A stretch of DNA of 64,000 bases from Zygnema circumcarinatum SAG 698-1b (taxonomy: Eukaryota > Plantae > Zygnematophyceae), in the NCBI GenBank assembly GCA_037447605.1, contig CM074807.1, positions 4,173,993 to 4,237,992 on the forward strand, given 5' to 3'. The notes beneath the pieces are model-generated. The model saw nothing but the letters and a program-made list of their open reading frames with translations, had not been told where the DNA came from and did not search any database. The translations under genes were made by a program, and so were the position numbers. Positions within the stretch are counted from its first letter, which is position 1; each line of letters starts with the position of its first letter. Positions 51,351 to 62,449 of the stretch are shown one piece after another.

Positions 51351-51674
51351 TAGGGACGGCCGCACGTGCGGAAATAAACTTCTAGTTTGTCACTCATCGA
51401 CTTTCAACAGGGTATTTTAAACGAATAAAATTATGCCCACTAATATTAAATAAATTGTAAATATGTACGGAACACGGGATGCATACGGCCCGTAGAAGTT
51501 GTGACAAAAGTCGGCGCTCGCCGCCAACAGTTGGCCGCACTTACTCACCATGGTGTGCGTCACTATGACATAGCATGACATCAGCATACAATTTTAAATA
51601 AATAAACCACCATTATTCAAAACTACTGGTTTGAAATAAAATTAAAGAAAAAATTAGTTTTACGGCCATCCCTA
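51351..51674. mobile_element. hAT-type MITE (324 bp)
   Basis: 14-bp TIRs TAGGGACGGCCGCA / TACGGCCATCCCTA (2 mismatches); 8-bp flanks CCTGCGAC (51343-51350) / CCGGCGAC (51675-51682), 7/8 identical; AT-rich interior. Confidence 0.85.
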
Positions 51675-52431
51675 CCGGCGACCCGCCGGAGCCGCCTCTC
51701 GCTTCCCTTGCCGTACGATACCGTACGCCACAGTACTTGTTCGTATATAGACAAGCATCCTCAAATAAGGTAATTAGCTTAAGTATCGTAAATAGCTCAT
51801 TTAAGGGAGAAATTGACATTAATTTCTGGCATTTCTCCTTAAATACCACAAAGCCCTAAAAAGGCCCTTTTTTTGGTTAAAAAACGTAAAATGAATATGC
51901 ATTGCACTCACAACAGCGATGTCATCACATGTCGGTGGACTCTACTTTTTGGCTTCACAACGTGGCGCTAAAAATTGGTGCAAACTCGTCAACTCTTACG
52001 AACTGGATTTTTACCAAACAGTAAAACACTTGTGCAGGTGGCAGTCACAACACATGGGTACGCACACATCGACCCGATTGCATCGAAGCTGTGCACATGT
52101 CATCCAGAAGGCTCCATCCCCATTTCCATCCAATCATGAATTACGCCAAATATGACCTTCTTAGAACCAATCATAGTCTACAAATCTACTCTCTAAAACT
52201 AAATTCCAAACCATAACCTCCAACGTTTTGGGTTTTAGCCACCAAAAAAAAAATGGGAATTGAAATTGGAAATGAAATAAAAATTTGTTTTACTCCATTA
52301 CTGCTGCTTCTAGGCTGAACAGGACGGCTCTAGAATTGCTGCAAGCTACTCACGAAAGATCTTCGAAAGGCATTCAAAGTGCCAAACTGCTGCCTGCGAT
52401 GAACAGTGCCTTCCAACGAAACGTTTGTCAA

Positions 52432-52623
52432 TCCACGGGTTGAAACATTCATTGAACTCGCGATGGCGAGGCCATCAAATGTACATGGACAAAGGCAAAA
52501 TGTGGAACCACGAAGGACTGGTCGCAAAGGACCGAAACACAATAAAACGAAGCTAGAGCGGAAAACTACGCCTAGGCACAACAACGCAGCCCTAGAAGCA
52601 GCCGCGAAGGTCACCGATATGAT
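52432..52623 (-). mobile_element. Short interspersed repeat, copy 1 (192 bp)
   Basis: About 175 bp nearly identical in inverted orientation to copy 2; flanked by direct repeat GTTTGTCAA (52423-52431, 52624-52632). Confidence 0.8.
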
Positions 52624-52800
52624 GTTTGTCAAACGCTTCCGAAACTCGACTCGACTTCCGCATCCATCCAAGTACTGAAGATTCTGACTCGCCAGTCACA
52701 TTTCTGGGTAGTGTGTATCCAAGGTCTTTACAAAAGTTTCGTAACATCGGAAAACTTCGGCGCCTCCTATTCTTCACAGGCGCAGTTCACGCTGAAAAAA

Positions 52801-53080
52801 CAGACAGGCCGACAGAGTCGGGCAGACAGGCAGACAGGCAGTCGGGCAGATAGGCAGACAGGCAGACAGGCAGACAGGCAGTCGGGCAGACAGGCAGACA
52901 GGCAGTCGGGCAGACAGGCAGACAGGCAGACAGGCAGACAGGCAGACAGGCAGACAGGCAGTCGGGCAGACAGGCAGACAGGCAGACAGGCAGACAGGCA
53001 GTCGGGCAGACAGGCAGACAGGCAGTCGGGCAGACAGGCAGACAGGCAGACAGGCAGTCGGGCAGACAGGCAGACAGGCA
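52801..53080. repeat. Compound (GGCAGACA)/(GGCAGTCG)n repeat
   Basis: Read directly; a related degenerate GGGCAGAC tract lies at about 54306-54475. Confidence 0.95.
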
Positions 53081-53514
53081 GGCGCGTCACCAGGCCGGCC
53101 AGACAGGCAGCCGCGCCCCCCCCCCCCCCCCCGGGGAGTCCGAGGCAGGCCGGCAAGCCGGCTGCAATCATTCGGCCACTATCATTGTTTCGGACGTACA
53201 TGCACGGCTGCTTTCGTACATACACTTATTTACGGATTTTGAGTCAGACCTTGACCATCGCTTACGAAATTCCCGAAGTCCTTTGTACTAAAAGTCACTT
53301 CTTTCGTGTACGAATTTCGGTTCGGGATCCGCGGCTCCACCGAGCCCAGCCGTACCGAAAAGCGTACCTAGCCAATGCTTAATTCGCCCGACAGGCTTAC
53401 GAAATTGATTTGGCGATGGTCGTCTGACTCCCCCTATTTTAGGGGGGAACCGCTTATCTTAAGCCAATTACCTTATTTGAGATGCTGCCTGTCCGTATGC
53501 ATACGCCCTTGTAC

Positions 53515-53721
53515 TCCCTCCTCGCGACGTGCCTCACATCGGTGACCTTCGCGGCTGCTTCTAGGGGCTGCGTTGTTGTGCCTAGGCGTAGGTTTCCGCT
53601 CCTAGCTTCGTTTTATTGTGTTTAGGTCCTTTGCGACCAGTCCTTCGTGGTTCCACATTTTGCCTTTGTCCATGTACATTTGATGGCCTCGCCATCGCGA
53701 GTTCAATGAAAGTTTTCCCTC
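53515..53721 (+). mobile_element. Short interspersed repeat, copy 2 (207 bp)
   Basis: Flanked by direct repeat CCCTTGTAC (53506-53514, 53722-53730). Confidence 0.8.
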
Positions 53722-54000
53722 CCCTTGTACGAAATAGTACGAATAAGTACGGCTTAGTACGACTTCATACGGTGAACGGTGTCTGCGAGCCGCGCGGGGC
53801 GGCCGGCGGGGCCACTCGCGCCACGTGGCGCCTCGAGGGCTGCCGTTCGCTCGCGCGCGCCCGTCCGTACGTATTCGCACGTGTATGTCGTACATATGCA
53901 AGTGGGCGCGCGGTGGAGTCATCATGACCAGGTAACGTCACGGCCAGTGGGCCGGAAAACATGGCCGTGCGGCGGGCGGGCGGGCAGACTCGCTGTGACC

Positions 54001-54092
54001 GGACGGACGGACGGACGGACGGACGGACGGACGGACGGACGGACGGACGGACGGACGGACGGACGGACGGACGGACGGACGGACGGACGGAC
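54001..54092. repeat. (GGAC)n microsatellite
   Basis: Read directly. Confidence 0.97.
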
Positions 54093-54808
54093 GGGCGGGC
54101 GAGGCCGGCCGGGCCGACGCCATGATGGCCGCCCGCCGCCACGTGCGGGCCGGGACCGCCTTTGACCGCGCGGAAGGCAGCCGGATGGCGTCAGCATTCG
54201 CTCAGGAGGCGCGATTCTGCCGCTGCGGCCATACGAAACGTAAGGCCTGTACGGACAGCAGGGAGGCCGCCGTTCTGCTCGCAGGCGGCGCCGCGAAGGG
54301 CAAACGGGCAGACGGGCAGTCGGCGGGCAGGCGGGCAGACGGGCAGACGGGTAGTCGGGCAGACGGACAGATGGGCAGGCGGGACTGGCAGACGGGCAGA
54401 CGGACAGATAGGCAGGCGAGCAGGTGGGCAGGCGGGCTGGCGGGCAGATGGGCAGGCGGGCAGGCAAGCAGATAGGCGGCGCTAGGCAGGCAAGCATTGG
54501 TACTGCAAACAGGGACGTCGATTCCCACGTGGGGTGGGGTCAGGAACATGCGGAACAAGGGTAGAGGGACTGACTGCACCCCCGACTGGTTCCCACAATG
54601 CACCCGCGTACGTGCGTGCCATGTGAAGCTGCGCATCCCAACAGAAACTCCCAAGGGAACGACAGAGGGGCATGTGGACACGACATCAGAGTAACACTGA
54701 CAGCGGGGAAAGGGCCGCAAACAGCAGATGAGGCAATCCAAGATATCTAACATATATCGCAAATTCAAGACAGTGAATCTCTCTGCAACACCATCTCCAA
54801 TAAATCAA

Positions 54809-57800
54809 TCAATCATTTACTTCCCCTAAAGCACCACCAGTTTGGGAAGGCTTTGGCTTAGGAGGCGGGCGCTGGCGCTTGTTCATAGCCCTCTCGGCCT
54901 GCCCCCTGCATTTCTGGTCCCTCGAACCGACTCTGCTGAGGCTCAGCACCACCGCCCCCCCTGGCGGCCCGATCTCCACGCAGTCATCCGCATCCAGCCC
55001 GCCGCTCGCTCTGGCCAGCAGCGCGCCGCCTGCTGCTGGCTGCGTCTCCAGCGCGGGGAAGTCTCGTCTCTCGCTAGACTCAAACGGCCGTTTCAATTGG
55101 CCGCTGCTGGAGGACTGCCCCCTCGACACCATCCCGGAATTCATCCCGTCGTGAAGTCGCCCGTTCGACCCCCGGGACACCCCTTCCCCCTCGCTCGCCT
55201 TCGGTGAAGCACTCTGCACCGCTGGGGCGGCCCTTAAGGGCCCTGTGGTTGCACCGGAAGGGCCCGTGGATGGCTCGGCATGTGCGGACTTGCCCAGATT
55301 GGTGCCGAAGCCCCTGGACACTCTTGGCACCTTCATGGGTATGGGCGTGCCTGGACTTGGGCCCCCCCATCCCGTGATAAATACAAGTTCAGGAGAGTCG
55401 CGCTCCCCGATTCTGTGCGGCTCAGCCCTGACCTTAGTCTGGGCTACCGGCGAGTCCACCGCAGCTTGCCGAGCTGAGCCGTGGCCCACATCCTCCACTG
55501 AGCTGTCTGGGAGGTGCGATGCCTTCTTCCCAGTTCCCCTCTTCTGAACCGCTTCCACATCATCTCCAACTCTCCTCTCTATCCTTTTGCTCTTGTCAGA
55601 AAAAGCTGCACCGTCTGAAATTGCTATTCCATCATCCTCTGTTGACTCTCTCGGATTATCTTCCAGATTTGTAAGTACTTGCGTTGGAGATGCATCACCA
55701 TTTCTGCCGGCATCAGTACACTGTACAGCCAACACCTTCCGCACTCTTTCACCATTTCGAACTCCGGATTTCCCCTTAGTCCGTACAGCTTGTGGTAAAT
55801 TGGGCGGTGGGAAACCAGAGCTTTTCATATAGCTTGTCGGAGCTGCATGCTTCAATTCCAACTCGCTTTCCTTGTGTCTCTCGCCACCATTAGCCCACTG
55901 CGTTCCAGTAGCCAAAGTAGCCCCACTCCCAGCGCCAGCTCGAGAAGTGGGAACGGGAGGTATCCCTGTCTGGGAGAGGGCCTTGCTGCTCTGTCCCAAG
56001 TGCTTGAGCGAGGCCCGCTTACCCGTTCTCGGACCGGTTGTCGGCCCTGTTGGTCCGCCCGTCCGGGCAGGCCCTGCCCCTGCCCCTGCCCCTGCCCCTC
56101 CCCCGTCCCCAGAGTTGGCGGCAGCAGCTCTCCTCGCCGGGCTGCTCCTCGCCCCGTGGCTCTGACTAGGCGCACCTCCCGGGCCGCTGCGCTTTGCGTG
56201 GGGTGCCGCTCCCGTGGGGCCGTGCGAGCAGTCCTGCGGGCGCACACGCACACAGCGAAGACTCAGCGGAAGCGGGACACCCCGTTAACACTATATGCTC
56301 ACTGCAACAACTGCTGATGTATCCGCATAAGACGATACAGAGGGGCTTTCAGGACTCTGAAAAAACACTCCACACAGCATACGTTTGTAAGAGGAAGTGC
56401 GAGTCATCCTGTAGAATGTATAAAGGCAGTGCCTTTCTATCATAAAGTCTTAGTGGTCTGAGTGGGTGAAAACTTCAAAATATACAGTGACAATAGTGAT
56501 AGTGATAGTAGTGATATAGTGATGAATAATAATAATAGTAATAATAATAATAATAATAATAGTGATCAATAGTGATGTAGACCTTCAGCATGACCACCTA
56601 ACTAACATGTCAATAACCTCATTAGCTAATCACAGAAACGAGGGGGGAGAGGGAGGGGGGGGGGGGGGGGGGGGGGGNNNNNNNNNNGGGGGAGAAAGAA
56701 GGAGAGAGGAGGGGTGGGAGCAGACAGAAACAAATGGCAATTAGACGTCAAGCTAAAGTGACATAAACATTTCGCAAACTCAGCTCAAAATCACAGACAT
56801 TGTTAGGAAAGCCCCTTACAAAAGCAATCCAATACATAAACATTCAATTGGAACGCAAAAGTAAATTCCATTGATGTCAATCAATCAATATGGAATCACA
56901 GGGCCTGAAGACATGCCATAGCCATTTCAATAAATTCACACAAAAGTTCCATATACCCCACGGATATGCGGCAAAGACATAGTTGCAAAGCGAGTATGTC
57001 GAACGCCCTACTTAGCAAGCTTTTGCAAAACTTAATATTGATAGACAAAAGGCCTTCTCGCACGTCCGTTGTGAATAACTAAGGAGATAGCGCATGCAGC
57101 AAAAGCTTGTAGTCGCATGGCCAAGCATACGACCTTACTGAAAGGTGTTCCCTAAGAAAGACGACAAACAAGTAACGTGCAGCACTATACCTTGCCAAAG
57201 TCATGCCTTGACTGAAGAAACAGCACTGTCATCCTCAAAAAACAACCAGTGAAGCACCATCCTGCTGCCTCTAAAGAAGAATACGACGACCGTGGCGAAC
57301 ATGACAGGCAATATCAACCTGTCAGCGTAGATTAGCTCAACCAAGGTCATCATACTTCGGCAGGCAATTAGGACCTGACTGTTACCTAAACTTTACGAAG
57401 TGGGAAAATGCATGCAATCCCGAAACGACGAGAGGATCAACGTGATATCACTCAGCTTTAACTTCATGTCAAATGGACATCAAGTTAGGTGAAAACATTC
57501 TCATGGTACCTTGAGAAGATGACTGCTGAGAGTGACAGACATTTTCTGCATTCGATTCTCGGTAAGCCATATTACTACAGAATGAAATATTTACCACACT
57601 TAGCATAAGATCTGAAGCTTCCCATAATGCCATAGTCAAGACATTCCCTGGTGCCGAGATATCACCTTCACTTCTTCGCCCAGGCTCTCCTCAGAAGTAT
57701 TGTGCTCAACTTCAAAGCCACTCTTCAGAGAACCTTCAGGTGTTAACGATGGCGTCCTGTTCGGAGTGCGGTTTGCTCCGGTTGTCGCAGCACCTCCGGC

Positions 57801-60057
57801 GAGCGCTGAGGGAACTGGACTTGCCCGCTGCCTCCGCTGCTGAGCGGCACTCATATTCCGACTTGCCAGGCGGCTCGCGTTACGGCCCTGAGGAAAAAAC
57901 GCCCGTCAAAGAAAAATGACGTTCACTCAAAAAAGTCTCCTTTTAAGGTGGAGGAAATGAATTGCAAAAGTGAGAAAATGGGCGGCAACCATCTGAGGCA
58001 GTTTTGGAAACAAATAGGCTTACGCCTATGCTTCGCATCCTGCGATCTATGAGAAGTTGGTTAAGTAACCCCACCTTGCCCATGCATTTTTCCAAATGTG
58101 GTGCATATCTCCCTGCAGTCACCATCCGACCACAATTGAGGCACTCAAAGGTTTCTGTTGCCACAGGTGGGTGACTTTGTCCAAAGACATCAACAGTATA
58201 TTTGCTGTTTTCAGAGGCCGTAAACGATGACTGTCCACATGGGTCAGCCAAAGCCGTTTCGTCGGTGTCGTTTGAATCAACAAGATCGTCCAATCCTAGC
58301 CTTGCAGCGCGATGAGACTCCGAAGCAACATCGACAATAAGTGAATCCAAAAGTTCTGCAAAGACAGCCACCGCCTGCAGCATAAGACCCACACATTGTT
58401 CCAACAGGCATAAGCGACATAAACAATTAACGTCCGCATCCAACCATCCAGAAAATGCAAGACATGGGCAGCGAAAACTGCTATGTCACATGAAATCCTG
58501 CGGACTTCAATTCGCCAAGTTCTAATAAATTCAAAGTAATCGCAAATGTGATATTTAAGTATTTTTCAACACAAAATAACGTCACAATAAGGGGGTTCCT
58601 ACACTATGTGTAGACAATAGGCCATACTAAACACAGCCAAAGTAGACATAGCAAAGCTGTGCAATGAGAGACGACCACCAAATTTCAACGCTCAATGACA
58701 AGTTTAGAATATAAAAAATACCTTCAGACACTTGCTTTTACATGTACCCCTGGCAATCTGCAGTGCAAACGATAATGCTACTGATTCAAAAAAGGATCCA
58801 ACGCAACTGTTGCACAAGTTTTCACTTAGCAGTCCTCAGGTTGGGACGCTCGTTTGGTACAGGTAACTAACTTTAGGCAACCGTTGACAACAAACAGATG
58901 TGTTCCGCAAATGTAACACCTGATAGGTTTTTTCCGAAACTCAACTCTTTAACTTAGCGATCACACATACAACACATACATAACGACAGTCCATGCTTTC
59001 AGCACTGTAAAAATATTCCATGCTTCCACCAAGTCAGTGTCCTGGTCATTTTGTAGATCAGACAAGGTGAGACATCAAACAGTGAACAAGATTCGGCATA
59101 TAGCGTGAAGCGATGAAACATTCTCTTTTTCCGAAAGGTGCGAATAATTAGTGAAGTAATGACGTCATTGAAAGGACAAAAAGAAGTCTGCCTGGGCGGG
59201 AGAAAGCATAAAGTCAACCGCAAGAAGGAGCAACACTTGCAGAAGTTAAACTTGGCAGCGACTGATACAACCTACACCTACACCACATCATTCCCCCACA
59301 ATAGTCTTGATAAATTCAGTGCCTGCCATCATTCAAGTAAATAAGCAAATCGAAACGTCCGCTGACACCAAACGATGTTGAATCCATCTTCAAAACTGAC
59401 CGTTACAGAACTCAACCAACAGCTTCGACTCGTCCGGCAGTCCCATGTCCAGCACCTGTGGATTACCGTTCAAGCACAGCTGGATAATAAAAAAGAGGGG
59501 ACCTCGCGCTTCCTGCTGCGCGGACTCGCTCGCGGCTCACCTGACCAGAGAGGCAGGAGCCGCCCAGCTTGGAAGCCAATGACGACACACATTGCAGCTG
59601 TTGTTGGAGATGTTTAATTTCTTCACTGGATTTTCTTAATTGGCCCTGTAGCTCCTCATCAGATGCCCCTTGAGTTTTCTCATTCCGATAATCGTTCATT
59701 GTCCTTCATGTAGACCAGTCTCTCCCGGCAAAATTACGGAAAAAAACTGGTGGCGGTCGATAAAAAAGACTAGCCTGTTGAATAAACTTCATGGATTCGG
59801 CAGTAAAAAATCTCAAATTTCAGAAGTTTTTTAAACCTAAGTTTATTGCCGTTCACACATCTGACTGCTCTATTTCGTAGACCCGACTTGTAATTACTGT
59901 TCCTCTTGAGCAGGGACAGGCGGCATCAAAATTTCGCTCTTCCTGCTTTTATAGACCTACTCAACGTCTTCAGAACACATCCACATTATCTGCCGTACTT
60001 TCCCGACGACTTACAGAGCTCCACTGGTAGGGTTCAGAACCTGACGGAGGCCGCCAT
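54809..60057 (-). CDS. SGF11: SAGA-associated factor 11 (SGF11/ATXN7L3-like) with a long low-complexity C-terminal extension
   Basis: Exon 58374-58075 encodes FAELLDSLIVDVASESHRAARLG..KYTVDVFGQSHPPVATETFECLNCGRMVTAGRYAPHLEKCMGK (SGF11 zinc finger). Exon 57887-57666 continues GRNASR. Upstream exons 60057-60041 and about 59703-59541, and downstream exon 56233-54809, join in phase; these outer exons are less certain. Confidence 0.9.
56490..56575. repeat. (AGTGAT)/(AAT)n low-complexity tract in an SGF11 intron
   Basis: Read directly. Confidence 0.85.
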
Positions 60058-60402
60058 GGCTGGGGCGCGGACCGCTCCGAGACAGGCAGCAGGAAGAGGG
60101 CGTGAGCTGGCGGCAACCCAGAAGCAGTACCCGCAGAGGCGAGCCCTCCGCCTCGTTGCAGTACTCCCTCCGTTCGCGGACACCCGGCATGGCATGGCAT
60201 GGCATGGCACCATGGGGCCATGGATGAGGCCGGGCCGGCGCCAGGGCGGGCGGCGGGCGCACCGGCCGAATCGGCACCGCTGTTCCGTGTGCAGCGTGCT
60301 CCGTTCGCCGTGCGCCGTGGTCCGCGGGCATTCCGTGTTCCGCAGTCAGCGGCGCGCGTAACGGCCGGTCGTATGGCCGTACGGCCCGGGAGGTGTTAAT
60401 AC

Positions 60403-60506
60403 CGTACGGTACGGTACGGTACGGTACTCGTGGTTCCCGCATTCGCCTGTCATTCCGCCTGCGCCCCGGCCGCCCCGCCCCGCCCCGCCCCGCCCCGCCC
60501 CGCCCC
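60403..60506. repeat. (CGGTA)n at 60403-60426 and (GCCCC)n at about 60463-60506 in the SGF11 upstream GC island
   Basis: Read directly. Confidence 0.93.
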
Positions 60507-60779
60507 GCTGCATGTCGTCTCACGCACGTGGCCAAGGCGCAGGCAGACGCCATGCCGTACACTCGCAGCGCATGGACCACCACACCCCGCACCGCCAACG
60601 TCTCTCGGTGGTAAAACAAAATACTCATCTGAAATTCTCAAAGAAAACCATGATTCAAACTCAGAGGCGGGTCCAGAATTTTACTTTCGAAAGGGCTGAT
60701 AATCAAACTTAAACTTAAAGGGTATGGTGAGGTTTATGCCTATATGGTATGTATTTAAATTATGATTTGAAGTTGGAAT

Positions 60780-60914
60780 CCTTGTTTTCGCTCCTAGCTT
60801 TTTTCGTTTGTGCTTAGGTCGTTTGGGACCAGTCCCTCGTGGTTCCCCATGCTGCTTTTGTCCATGAACCTTTGATGGCCCCGCCATCGTGAGTTCAATG
60901 CCATTTTCCTTCTC
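60780..60914 (+). mobile_element. Short interspersed repeat, copy 3 (135 bp, diverged, shortened at one end)
   Basis: Homologous to copies 1 and 2 (GGTC..GACCAGTCC..CGTGGTTCC..GTCCATG..GATGGC...GCCATCG.GAGTTCAATG); flanked by the 14-bp direct repeat TTTGAAGTTGGAAT (60766-60779, 60915-60928). Confidence 0.8.
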
Positions 60915-61461
60915 TTTGAAGTTGGAATACTAAATACCGTTTATTTTTTTTGGGGACAATTTCCAATTTGCTTACAAGGTCGAACAAATTTATTAACATG
61001 TGTTTTCGATCATGGTGAATGTTGTACCCAACGGGCCCCTCGTCCGGGACTACTACACACATACACATAGTCCTCGTATTGTGAGGCTCTCTCTGCACTG
61101 TCCACTACATAGCCAACCCGCCCCTCCTAACCGATCCACTCATCGCACCCGCTCGCGCTGGGGAGGGCAGCGAGTCGTCCCGGGACTGCACCGCACTGCA
61201 CTGCGATGTTCCGATCCCACTGTGCGGCGCCCGCCTGGCCGCCTGGCCGCCTGCCTGCCTGCCTGCCAGCCGGGCCTGCGGGCCGGCCGGCGCGCGCTCC
61301 GACGGGCGGGACCTGTGCGGCTGTGCGGCTGTGCGGCCCGCCCGGATTGGATTTTGACTTCGGGCCCGCACCCGGGGCCGGGAGGGCACCACAACAAATT
61401 CATTCATTACTGTATTGTATTCGCCCCGCGACGTACGCCAGGACCGTCAGAACTACAGTAC

Positions 61462-61516
61462 AGTACTGTACTGTATTGTACTGTACTGTACTGTACTGTA
61501 CTGTACTGTACTGTAC
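61462..61516. repeat. (TACTG)n microsatellite
   Basis: Read directly. Confidence 0.96.
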
Positions 61517-62076
61517 TCAGAGGGCATACGGACAGCGGGCGGGCGGGCGTGCGGCCGGGCCTCTCCCTCCCTCCCTCTTCCCGCGGCACGGCGCGTGCCA
61601 GAGAGAGAAAGGAGAGAGAGAGGCCCAGCCGGGCGGGCGGGCCCCACGCCGTGTCAGGCGGCCCGGCCGTCCGCCGTACGGCACGGTACGGTACGGTGCA
61701 GGCCATGCCAGGGCAGAGCCCTGCGCCGGGTCCGGCCGGGGCGGGAGGGCGCGAGGGCGAGAGGCGGTGGTTGCTACTGCTGCTGTTGCTGCTGCTTCTG
61801 CAGCTGCTGCTGCTGCCGCCGCCGCCGCCGCCGCCGCTGCGGTGTGCCCTCGCCCTGTCCCTCGCACTCGCTCTTCCGTGGGTGCACGGGCGCTTGCGCA
61901 TGGGCATGGGCTTGGGCTTCAGCTATGTGCGCAATGTGTGCTCGGAGGCGCATCCCGCTCGCCTCGTCCAATGAAAATAGTGTCATGGTGCAGCAGTACT
62001 GCACGCTTTGAATATGTTCAGTTGCTACAGAGACCGGACGTACTCCATTTTTATCCGTCTTGCTTACTGCTTGCAG

Positions 62077-62449
62077 GGCAACGAGTGGATTTCCTAATCC
62101 TGGCGCTTCAACTGAAGTTGTAATAATCCACGCAATGACATCCTCCGAGCCATTTGATGTAAGTTTTCGGCGTTCTCCAATGGGACGCAAAGTAGTAGGA
62201 TATTGCCTGTTCGGACCAGATGATTGCTTCATTAAAACCTTACGACTTTCGGACTTAACTTCTGAGTTAAAACTTGTCATGGCATGTTCCAGATTAGATA
62301 GAAGCAATGGAAAAAGTGCCTCTGTTTTCCTTTCCTTGTTGTCTATCATGGAAAATAAGCTATTTAAGCTTCAATGCCCCGTCAACTCGTTTTGCACCCC
62401 CGTTACCATGAAAGCAGTACGGTGCTGTAAAGATCTAGTCATGGTGTGA
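62077..62449 (+). other. Possible coding exon of an unidentified gene
   Basis: Strong pyrimidine tract and TTGCAG acceptor at 62076, followed by an open frame to 62449, downstream of a GC-rich promoter-like island. An overlapping minus-strand ORF is equally long; no motif recognised. Confidence 0.25.

Larger units (their letters stand above)
51750..53493. mobile_element. Putative non-autonomous element bounded by ~34-bp inverted repeats, with internal hairpins and microsatellite
   Basis: GACAAGCATCCTCAAATAAGGTAATTAGCTTAAG (51750-51783) versus the reverse complement of 53458-53493, GACAGGCAGCATCTCAAATAAGGTAATTGGCTTAAG. Hairpins at 51799-51844 and 53430-53446. No convincing TSD. Confidence 0.5.

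Noticed and set aside
52801-53080. CRISPR-like or iteron-like array
   Set aside because: Simple 8-mer units with no unique spacers, eukaryotic context and no cas genes.
52423-53730. Inverted copies 1 and 2 of the short repeat read as long TIRs of one element, or as a DIRS-like ITR/ICR structure
   Set aside because: Each copy has its own distinct flanking duplication and a third copy lies 7 kb away, so independent insertions explain them better; no tyrosine recombinase or RT present.
52711-54497. Long ORFs (RQAD, SVRP, TDGR repeats) and similar ORFs at 36769-37939 and 61000-62123
   Set aside because: They are open only because stop-free microsatellites and GC-rich sequence underlie them.
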